64,000 nucleotides of DNA from Bradyrhizobiaceae bacterium (lineage in GTDB: Bacteria; Bacteroidota; Ignavibacteria; Kapaibacteriales; Kapaibacteriaceae), in NCBI GenBank assembly GCA_024103135.1, contig JAGFIZ010000066.1, forward strand, positions 12,568-76,567, given 5' to 3'. Both the position numbers and the translations under genes were made by a program. This document shows positions 19,719 through 27,020 of this stretch, in pieces. Positions within the stretch are counted from its first letter, which is position 1, and each line of letters begins with the position of its first letter. The notes under the pieces were generated by a model, which made no database searches, had not been told where the DNA came from, and saw only the letters and a program-made list of their open reading frames with translations.

Positions 19719-20804
19719 ATGACAGAATCAGCCCTTCGGGAGATCGTCGAAGCCGTCCTCGACCCGGATCTCCACCAGACCCTTGGTTCACTAAATGCTG
19801 TTCATAGCGTGCAGGTCGATGGCAACGCCGTCCAGATTTATTTGAACGTTATTCAGCCCATTCATGGGGTAGCCAAACGTCTGGATCACGATATCTCCAG
19901 TACCATTCATGCCAACTACCCACAGGCCGAGGTACATGTACTGGTGCGTGAGCAGGGCCTGCCGACGAGTCCTCGTCCGGCCGCCATCGCCGGCGTGCGC
20001 AACCTCGTAGCGGTGGCTTCTGGGAAGGGTGGGGTAGGGAAGAGCACGATTACGGCCAATCTTGCTGCTACCTTGGCTGCCAAAGGACTACAGGTGGGTA
20101 TCCTCGATGCTGATATCTATGGTCCGTCTCAACCGACGATGTATGGCATGTCGGGTGAAAGCATGCGGGCCGAGAAAACGGAGGACGGAAAGATTCTTGG
20201 CTATCCGAATGAACGTCATGGCGTGAAGGTTGCGTCCATTGGCTTCGTCATGCAGCGTGATCAGGCGGCAATCCTCCGTGGACCAATGCTGGCGGGATAC
20301 TTTACCACCCTGGTCGAGCAAATTCAATGGGGCGACCTGGACGTGTTGTTATTCGACCTTCCGCCGGGTACGGGTGATATTCAGCTTACGATGACGCAGC
20401 GTATTCCTTTGACTGGTGCCGTTGTCGTTACAACACCTCAAGAAATTGCCCTTGCCGATGTGCGCCGTTCAGTCCAGATGTTTCGGAAGGTGAATGTCGA
20501 TGTGCTTGGCATTGTCGAAAACATGAGTTTCTTCGAGCCACCCGACATGCCGGGTAAACGCTATCCGATTTTTGGGGAAGGGGGCGGAAGACGCATTGCC
20601 GAAGAGTATGGCGTTCCTCTGCTTGGCGAAATCCCAATCGAACTTGCCATTCGCTCGGGTGGCGATGAGGGCTTGCCAGCGGCACTTGACTCGGAGACGG
20701 GTACGGCTGCTACGGTACTACGCCAGCTTGCCGACAACGTCCTCGGTGCAATCCGCAAGGCCAACCAGAAGAACGTCACGAACAACATCGAAATCGAGCT
20801 GTGA
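19719..20804 (+). CDS. apbC: Mrp/ApbC-family iron-sulfur cluster carrier ATPase (N-terminal DUF59)
   Basis: Walker A GKGGVGKST. DUF59-like N-terminus starting MTESALREIVEAVLDPD; the start is trimmed from 19542. Conserved CxxC region near the C-terminus. Confidence 0.85.
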   Translation: MTESALREIVEAVLDPDLHQTLGSLNAVHSVQVDGNAVQIYLNVIQPIHGVAKRLDHDISSTIHANYPQAEVHVLVREQGLPTSPRPAAIAGVRNLVAVASGKGGVGKSTITANLAATLAAKGLQVGILDADIYGPSQPTMYGMSGESMRAEKTEDGKILGYPNERHGVKVASIGFVMQRDQAAILRGPMLAGYFTTLVEQIQWGDLDVLLFDLPPGTGDIQLTMTQRIPLTGAVVVTTPQEIALADVRRSVQMFRKVNVDVLGIVENMSFFEPPDMPGKRYPIFGEGGGRRIAEEYGVPLLGEIPIELAIRSGGDEGLPAALDSETGTAATVLRQLADNVLGAIRKANQKNVTNNIEIEL

Positions 20805-21046
20805 GCGAAAACGTCTCCATAGAAGCCCGTATCCAAGCTGCCCTCGAGGAGGTACGACCGTACTTGCAGATGGATAGGGGTGACGTGGAGTTCGTGAGCT
20901 TTGAACCACAAACAGGCATCGTCGAACTGCGATTCTCCGGTGCCTGCGTTGGTTGCGCCATGCTGCCGATGACGCTTCGCGCTGGGATTGAGCGAACGGT
21001 TCGTGCAGCAGTACCAGAGGTTCGCAGAGTCGAGGTAGCCCGCTAA
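20801..21046 (+). CDS. NifU-like (Nfu) Fe-S cluster scaffold domain protein
   Basis: 81 aa with a GACVGCAM CxxC motif typical of the NifU C-terminal domain. Its start overlaps the apbC stop (ATGA). Confidence 0.8.
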   Translation: MSENVSIEARIQAALEEVRPYLQMDRGDVEFVSFEPQTGIVELRFSGACVGCAMLPMTLRAGIERTVRAAVPEVRRVEVAR

Positions 21047-21280
21047 CCGCCTGCTTGTTTGTTCAAGGTTTATCCTTCGTGGGATGCGAGGTTAGGTCCA
21101 TTTAACTATACCATCGCAGCACACCGTCACATACCGCCAGAACATACTTGGAAACACGGGTATGGTTTGATGAACAGGGGGACAAGAAAAGTCGCCGCTG
21201 TACATTTTCCTCTGTGTTATTTCGCGAACAAACTGTATCTTTGAAATCCTTGTGGAACGATTGTCTAACAATCGTTAATC

Positions 21281-21355
21281 GGGTGGTTAGCTCAGCTGGT
21301 TCAGAGCGCCTGCCTTACAAGCAGGATGTCGGGGGTTCAAATCCCTCACCGCCCA
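21281..21355 (+). tRNA. tRNA-Val (anticodon TAC)
   Basis: Manual cloverleaf: acceptor GGGTGGT/ACCGCCC, D-stem GCTC/GAGC, anticodon stem CCTGC/GCAGG with loop CTTACAA, T-loop TTCAAAT. Confidence 0.85.
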
Positions 21356-21366
21356 CAAGTCGACCG

Positions 21367-21450
21367 GCAAGCGTGGCGGAACTGGCAGACGCACTGGACT
21401 CAAAATCCAGCGGGCTCACCCCCGTGCGGGTTCGACTCCCGCCGCTTGCA
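21367..21450 (+). tRNA. tRNA-Leu (anticodon CAA), long variable arm
   Basis: Acceptor GCAAGCG/CGCTTGC, anticodon stem CTGGA/TCCAG with loop CTCAAAA, 15-nt variable arm, T-arm GCGGG-TTCGACT-CCCGC. 84 nt. Confidence 0.85.
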
Positions 21451-21452
21451 CA

Positions 21453-21497
21453 AACGGCCTTGATCATGATGTGACATCAGTGATCAGGCCGTTTTTC
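21453..21497 (+). terminator. rho-independent terminator after the tRNA-Val/Leu pair
   Basis: AACGGCCTTGATCA...TGATCAGGCCGTT stem followed by TTTTT. Confidence 0.6.
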
Positions 21498-21540
21498 AGT
21501 TTATAGCCGACGATCCACTGCGAGTGTAAGCCCCCTGCCT

Positions 21541-21625
21541 CCATCATTTAAAACTCATCATTAAATACTCATCGCGTGAAGCTCATCACATGAAAATCGT
21601 CATGTGGAACTCATCACGTGAAACG
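21541..21625. repeat. array of about six imperfect direct repeats, consensus CTCATCAYRTGAAA, period about 13-14 bp
   Basis: CCATCATTTAAAA / CTCATCATTAAAT / CTCATCGCGTGAAG / CTCATCACATGAAAAT / CGTCATGTGGAA / CTCATCACGTGAAA read directly from the sequence. Non-coding. Confidence 0.5.
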
Positions 21626-21665
21626 ATGAAATGATGGAAGGTGAGTGAGAAGGGCGACTGTAGCG

Positions 21666-23345
21666 CTAGGGAATGCGGACAAAGCGCTGACTGCTCACGA
21701 GCATCGAGCCATCACGTACTTGCATGGTATAGGTGCCGGCGGGGAGTGTAGCAACATTGATGATTGTTGACGTGCTGCTGGCATTGGCAACGAGCTGCAC
21801 GACACCCAGTGCATCAACGATGGTAATGGTGCTCGTTGCTGGCTGACCAGTAATCGTCAGCTGACCATGAGTGGGGTTGGGATAGAGAGCAACTGACGGA
21901 GACATTCCTTCGTGTACGCTGGTCACACTGCCCAGTTCTTGCAGTGGACCACCAGCAGTTTTTGCGACCCAAAGTCCAAGCGGAGCCCCTTGACCATTAC
22001 TTGAAGGCGTTAGAAAACCGCTAAGGAGCACAACACTTGCTTGTCCAGCAAGTGACGTAACGTCGGCGTTCACAGAGAGTATGGTCGAACCATCGGACAA
22101 AGTAACGGTCACCATTTCGGGTCCCGCCTCTAACGAAGCATACGACGTTGCAGCTTGATTATAGACCAGACCCGTTGCTGCCCTGGTTGCTCCATGCGTG
22201 ATGTTGACAGGCGGACAGTCGGTGCAGCCATTCATGTACAGCATGTCGAGAGCTGTTGGACTCAGGCCTGCAGGGAGCAGATTGTCGATCTTCATGAATG
22301 ACAATGCAATCGATTGTTGACTTGGGTTCGGGGCAAAGGCTGTCGTATCCCGAACACCGTTGAGGACGATTGCATACCGTCCCTTTTCAAGTGTGACGGT
22401 TGTAGAAGCAAATATGTCCGTAGCCGACGTACTGCCTGCCGGTGCGATACCAAGTTGAATACTTGTCTTTGTTGGAACTGGCAAGAACTGTGTGGCCGTT
22501 CTGAACTTGAAATCACGATGTGCCAGGGCAGGACCAATGTAGAGGTCGACAACTGCTAGTGAAGGATCGGCCGAGTTATGAATGAGCTGTACGTCTGCAG
22601 CCGATGGAAGAGCCGTTGGCATCAACTGAATGAACGGACCACCAGTAGGTGAAACAAGGTACAGGCCAAATGGCAGACCATTCTGGTTGGCTTGCGGTAC
22701 AAGAAAGCCCGAAGCAAGGATGTATACCGTCTGCTCGTTGAAACTGGTCAAGTCGGCTGCATAAGCGATAAGGGGCTGACCACCTGTAGGAGCCACGGCT
22801 AGTGTATGGTTCACTGCCGGAACTACGCCACCATCTGCAATGCCATTGTAGGCGAGATTGCTGGCAAGTGTCGTGGTGCCTGAAGCAATGTCCATGACTG
22901 GAGCATCGGTTGCTCCTTGCATGAACAGCACATGGGTTGAACCAACAGGAGGCACCGTTGAAGGTACCTCGATTACTATGAAGGCGAAGTCGATGGCTGC
23001 TCCCGCAGGGTTGGCGAGAAACTCAACAGGGTTAAACACACCGGTGGCGACAACAAGGTACTTCTTGCCTGCTTCGAAGGAAAGTTGCTTGTAGAACGTT
23101 GCTTCGGATGACGACGTCGATGTACCGGGAGCGATGCCTACTCGGTGTTCAACGGACGCAGTAACGTCTATGTATGCAGAGGAGAAACGAAAGTTGATAT
23201 CATCAACTTGTTGGTCGTCAATCCAAAAGTCGGCACTTGCAGCAGAAGGGTCTGCACTATTGTTAACAAACTGAATCTGTGCTGTTTGTGCTTGAGTTGC
23301 AATGGCAACCACAAACAGCGCAAGTAGCACTGTTATGCTTCGCAT
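21666..23345 (-). CDS. secreted DUF4397-like repeat protein with T9SS C-terminal domain
   Basis: Signal peptide. Internal duplication (IQFVNNSADPSAASADFWIDD / VQLIHNSADPSLAVVDLYIG). C-terminus ALYPNPTHGQLTI...AGTYTMQVRDG...RFVRIP. Confidence 0.6.
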   Translation of the reverse strand: MRSITVLLALFVVAIATQAQTAQIQFVNNSADPSAASADFWIDDQQVDDINFRFSSAYIDVTASVEHRVGIAPGTSTSSSEATFYKQLSFEAGKKYLVVATGVFNPVEFLANPAGAAIDFAFIVIEVPSTVPPVGSTHVLFMQGATDAPVMDIASGTTTLASNLAYNGIADGGVVPAVNHTLAVAPTGGQPLIAYAADLTSFNEQTVYILASGFLVPQANQNGLPFGLYLVSPTGGPFIQLMPTALPSAADVQLIHNSADPSLAVVDLYIGPALAHRDFKFRTATQFLPVPTKTSIQLGIAPAGSTSATDIFASTTVTLEKGRYAIVLNGVRDTTAFAPNPSQQSIALSFMKIDNLLPAGLSPTALDMLYMNGCTDCPPVNITHGATRAATGLVYNQAATSYASLEAGPEMVTVTLSDGSTILSVNADVTSLAGQASVVLLSGFLTPSSNGQGAPLGLWVAKTAGGPLQELGSVTSVHEGMSPSVALYPNPTHGQLTITGQPATSTITIVDALGVVQLVANASSTSTIINVATLPAGTYTMQVRDGSMLVSSQRFVRIP

Positions 23346-23374
23346 GGCCGACTCCTAGTTGGATAGGTGAGGCG

Positions 23375-23878
23375 CTACTCTGTTACTGCCTGGGCAATGA
23401 GCGTGTCGGCGTTTACTTCGTTAAAGTCTGCGTCGATAATGCGTGCATCTTCGACGCCATTACGCATGACAACAATTGTGGGGAGTGAAGTCAGAGCAAG
23501 CGTGGTTTTATACGGCGTGTTGTCTGAAGGGCTGCGCATCGACCACACTTCAACCTTTGACATGTCGATATTGGCGTCGAGAAGCGTCTTCATGACCCTT
23601 GGGAACAGGCGCTGTGTTCCTCTGCACCCGCATGATGGCTTGACGAAGATGCAGATCTTCTGTTCCGTGGCATCAAAGTTTGACCGCACGGAGTCAACCA
23701 TTGCAGTATTCGGCGTGTAGGTGGCAACCTCAGTCTGGTACCATGAATACCCTGGGTTCTTTTCGAGGTCTGAAATGGACATCTGTTGTCCAGACTGCTC
23801 TGGAGTGGTGGTGTTGCAAGCAACTAGGGTAAGTGCAACAACACAGAGGGCGAAGATCTTTGTCATCTGGATCACCAT
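23375..23878 (-). CDS. hypothetical lipoprotein, possibly thioredoxin-like fold
   Basis: Signal peptide with lipobox (LTLVAC). No confident family. Confidence 0.35.
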   Translation of the reverse strand: MVIQMTKIFALCVVALTLVACNTTTPEQSGQQMSISDLEKNPGYSWYQTEVATYTPNTAMVDSVRSNFDATEQKICIFVKPSCGCRGTQRLFPRVMKTLLDANIDMSKVEVWSMRSPSDNTPYKTTLALTSLPTIVVMRNGVEDARIIDADFNEVNADTLIAQAVTE

Positions 23879-24183
23879 TTCATTACGTTAATCTCGTCGA
23901 CGTAAATGGTCTGACGTTTTCTGAACAAGGCCAGGACAATTGCCAGGCCAACGGCTGCTTCGGCGGCAGCGACGGCCATGATGAAGAATACAAACATCTG
24001 ACCAGCGATATCGCCGGAGAATGCACTGAACGACACCATCGAGAGGTTTACGGCATTGAGCATGAGCTCAATAGACATAAAAATGATGATTGCGTTACGA
24101 CGAGTGATTACACCAACTACTCCGGTTACGAATAGTACGGCGGAGAGGATCAGGTAATAGTCCAGTGGAATTGAAGTTGGCAT
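23872..24183 (-). CDS. nuoK: NADH-quinone oxidoreductase subunit K
   Basis: About 103 aa, three TM helices. [18 protein letters not shown]...ELMLNAVNL...[17 protein letters not shown] is the NuoK/ND4L pattern. Confidence 0.85.
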   Translation of the reverse strand: MPTSIPLDYYLILSAVLFVTGVVGVITRRNAIIIFMSIELMLNAVNLSMVSFSAFSGDIAGQMFVFFIMAVAAAEAAVGLAIVLALFRKRQTIYVDEINVMKW

Positions 24184-24193
24184 GGTCGTGTTC

Positions 24194-24724
24194 TTAGGAT
24201 GGGTTATGTCTACGAGCGATAACAACAGCGCCGATAAGAGCGGCAAGAAGGAGCAACGACACGGCTTCGAATGGGAACAGATACTCGGTGAACAGGCTTT
24301 GTCCGATGGACTCTACTGTCCCAATCTCAATTGCTTTTTGCGGAAGCACGTTAAGTCCCGTTGGCTTGCCAACAAACGTCAACGTCAACATGAGAACGAA
24401 CACTAGGGCGATAGCGGCTCCCGTGACATTCCGGAGCATACTACCGGTCTCGGCCGCTTGCTGTTCGCGGCCAAGGTTCAGGAGCATGATCACGAAGACG
24501 ACGAGTACCATGATTGCCCCTGCATATACGAGCACCTGCACGGCTGCCACAAACTGTGCATGCAGCGTAAGGTATAGGCCAGAGAGCATGAAGAAATGTG
24601 CCACGAGGTTCATGGCTGACGAAACGGGGTTGCGCCTGGTAATGGTTAGCAAGGCAGTGGCCACCGCACCGATGGCAAAGATTGCAAACAGGAGCACCTG
24701 AATGTTGAAGTCACTCATGACCAC
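24194..24724 (-). CDS. nuoJ: NADH-quinone oxidoreductase subunit J
   Basis: 176 aa, multi-TM, NuoJ/ND6-like. It sits directly upstream of nuoK. Confidence 0.8.
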   Translation of the reverse strand: MVMSDFNIQVLLFAIFAIGAVATALLTITRRNPVSSAMNLVAHFFMLSGLYLTLHAQFVAAVQVLVYAGAIMVLVVFVIMLLNLGREQQAAETGSMLRNVTGAAIALVFVLMLTLTFVGKPTGLNVLPQKAIEIGTVESIGQSLFTEYLFPFEAVSLLLLAALIGAVVIARRHNPS

Positions 24725-24759
24725 AAATATAGGTTTTGGGGATAATCGGCGATAGGTGG

Positions 24760-27015
24760 CTAGGCCTCAAAACGTTCGACGCTCTGGACACCCTTGATCC
24801 GGTAGAGTTTGTCGAAGATTCGGTGTAGATGATTCGTGTCCGTTACGTACACGGTAAGAATGCCTTCGAATAGCCGGTCAAATGCATCAATGTTGACGCC
24901 ACGGATGTTGGTATTCTGGATCGACATCACGGCGCTGGTAATGTCGTTAAGCATACCGGGCCGGTCATCGCCAGTGATCTTTACAGCGGCAAGGAACTCG
25001 CCCCGGAGTGTCGGACTCCACTGGAGTGCCACCATGCGAGGCTTGAGCTTTTCCTGTATGTCACTGATGTTGTGACAGCTGGAGCGGTGGACCTTAATGC
25101 CGTTGCCGATGGTGACGATGCCAACGACTTCGTCGCCAGGTACTGGATTGCAGCATCGTGCATAGCTAAACTGAATCTGTCCGCGTGGCGAGTCCTCTCC
25201 AACGAGGTAGATGCCGCCACTGTTATCACGAGCAGTCTTACTGAAGGTCGAGAAGTCCAGGAGCTCTGCGCGTGGCTCGGGTGCTTGCGAGAATGGCTGG
25301 AGTTTTTCGAGGACCATGGTGCCGGCGGCTTCGGAAGTCAGTGCATCAGAGCCGATGGCAAAGAAGAAGTCGGTACGCGAGTCAAACTTCAGTTGGGTTA
25401 CGATGCGCTCAAGCTCGTCATCGTTCAAGGTAATGTCGAGTTTCTTTGCCCTCTTCTCCCAGAGCTCCTTGCCTGCCTGCACGGTTTGCCGACGGTCTTC
25501 GTTCAGGATGCGTCGGATGTGCGTGCGCGCCTTGTGCGTTTCGGCAATGCGGATCCAGTCCTTATTCGGACGTTGGTTTCTGGATGTAAGGATCTCTACT
25601 TGATCGCCTGTTTCGAGTTTGTGGTCGAGGGGGACGATGCGTCCATTGACCTTGGCACCGATGCAACGGGCACCAACCTGGGAGTGAATGTCAAAGGCAA
25701 AGTCGATAGGCGTAGCACCCTTGGGCAAAATTCGTAGGTCGCCATTGGGTGTGAAGACGTAGATCTCGTCTTGATAGAGGTTGAGTTTGAAGCTTTCGTG
25801 AATCTGCTGGGCAGCATCTTCGCCGGCATTCTCGAAAATGTCGCGCACCCACGATGCCCATTCTTCCAAATCCTTGTCGTCGATCCACGATGCCGTAGCC
25901 CCCTTCTGGGCCTTATAGCGGAAGTGGGCGGCAACACCGCGTTCGGCAAAGTCATGCATGGCTCGGGTTCGAATCTGGACCTCGACGCGCTTACCACCGG
26001 GGGCAATGACGGTGGTGTGTAGCGAACGGTAGCCGTTCTTCTTGGGCATGCTGATGTAGTTCTTGAAGCGCTCAGGTACGGGGCGGTAGATGGCAGAGAC
26101 GATGCCGTAGGCAAGAAAGCAGGAGTTGTCGTCGTTCGAATCGAGAATGATGCGCACGGCAAACAGGTCGTAAAGCTCGTCCAAGGTCTTGCCCTGGGTG
26201 ACCATTTTCTTGTAGATGGAGTAGAGGTGTTTAGGTCTACCGTTGATCTCGAACTTCAGGCCTTCGGCATTGAGGCGATCGGTTATGGGTGCAGAGAAGC
26301 TTTCGATAAAGTGCTCGCGGTCTTCACGTGTGCTGTTGAGCTGGAGCTTGATATCGTCATAGGCTTCCTTGTTCAACACCTTGAAGGCAAGGTCTTCCAA
26401 CTCCCACTTGATATTGCCAAGACCAAAACGATGTGCAAACGGTGCGTACAGCTCCATGGTCTCTCGTGCCATGCGTTGCTGTCGTTCGGGACTTAGTCCT
26501 TCGATGGTACGCATGTTGTGCAGACGATCAGCAAACTTGACCAGGATCACGCGCACGTCGCTCACCAGCGATAACAGGAGCTTGCGGTAGTTCTCAGCTT
26601 CGGTGATTTCTCTGGATGCAAAGACGCCGCTGATCTTGGTTGCACCGTCAACGATGTTGGCAACCTCGGCGCCAAACTCGGCTTCGATGTCGGCAAGTGA
26701 ATACGAGGTGTCTTCAACCACGTCATGAAGCAGGGCAGCCATTACGCTTACGTCATCCAACGGAATTTCCTGGATAACAATCAGGGCGACGTTGAGTGGA
26801 TGCGTGTAGTAGGGCTCGCCGGTTGCGCGGACGTCGTTGATGTGAGCGTCGACGCAAAAACGGAATGCTCGTTCGACGAGCGTGGCGTTGAAACGCGGGA
26901 GCTTCTTCTTTCCTTCTTCCAGGAGAACACGCAGGTCGGCCTCGACGTCGTGTCCAAGTTCTACTGGACGCGTCGCTGCGGGCTTAACGAACCTGCGAAG
27001 TATGGATCCTGCCAT
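24760..27015 (-). CDS. spoT: bifunctional (p)ppGpp synthetase/hydrolase (RelA/SpoT family)
   Basis: 751 aa. HD hydrolase motif (HDVVEDT), synthetase motif (YRSLHTTVI...VEVQIRT), then TGS and ACT-like C-terminal regions. Confidence 0.9.
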   Translation of the reverse strand: MAGSILRRFVKPAATRPVELGHDVEADLRVLLEEGKKKLPRFNATLVERAFRFCVDAHINDVRATGEPYYTHPLNVALIVIQEIPLDDVSVMAALLHDVVEDTSYSLADIEAEFGAEVANIVDGATKISGVFASREITEAENYRKLLLSLVSDVRVILVKFADRLHNMRTIEGLSPERQQRMARETMELYAPFAHRFGLGNIKWELEDLAFKVLNKEAYDDIKLQLNSTREDREHFIESFSAPITDRLNAEGLKFEINGRPKHLYSIYKKMVTQGKTLDELYDLFAVRIILDSNDDNSCFLAYGIVSAIYRPVPERFKNYISMPKKNGYRSLHTTVIAPGGKRVEVQIRTRAMHDFAERGVAAHFRYKAQKGATASWIDDKDLEEWASWVRDIFENAGEDAAQQIHESFKLNLYQDEIYVFTPNGDLRILPKGATPIDFAFDIHSQVGARCIGAKVNGRIVPLDHKLETGDQVEILTSRNQRPNKDWIRIAETHKARTHIRRILNEDRRQTVQAGKELWEKRAKKLDITLNDDELERIVTQLKFDSRTDFFFAIGSDALTSEAAGTMVLEKLQPFSQAPEPRAELLDFSTFSKTARDNSGGIYLVGEDSPRGQIQFSYARCCNPVPGDEVVGIVTIGNGIKVHRSSCHNISDIQEKLKPRMVALQWSPTLRGEFLAAVKITGDDRPGMLNDITSAVMSIQNTNIRGVNIDAFDRLFEGILTVYVTDTNHLHRIFDKLYRIKGVQSVERFEA

Positions 27016-27020
27016 GGTGA

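Noticed and set aside
21148-21474. 108-aa ORF spanning the tRNA-Val and tRNA-Leu genes, and the 30155-30337 ORF over tRNA-Pro
   Set aside because: The sequence folds into canonical tRNAs. The ORFs are artefacts of translating structural RNA.
21281-21665. Integrated element at the tRNA-Val/Leu or tRNA-Pro/His loci
   Set aside because: No integrase, no duplicated tRNA 3'-end attachment site, and the flanking genes are ordinary chromosomal genes. Only an unexplained direct-repeat array remains, which is reported separately.
25072-26162. 221-aa plus-strand and 188-aa minus-strand ORFs overlapping relA/spoT
   Set aside because: Antisense or out-of-frame to a 751-aa RelA/SpoT CDS carrying all signature motifs.
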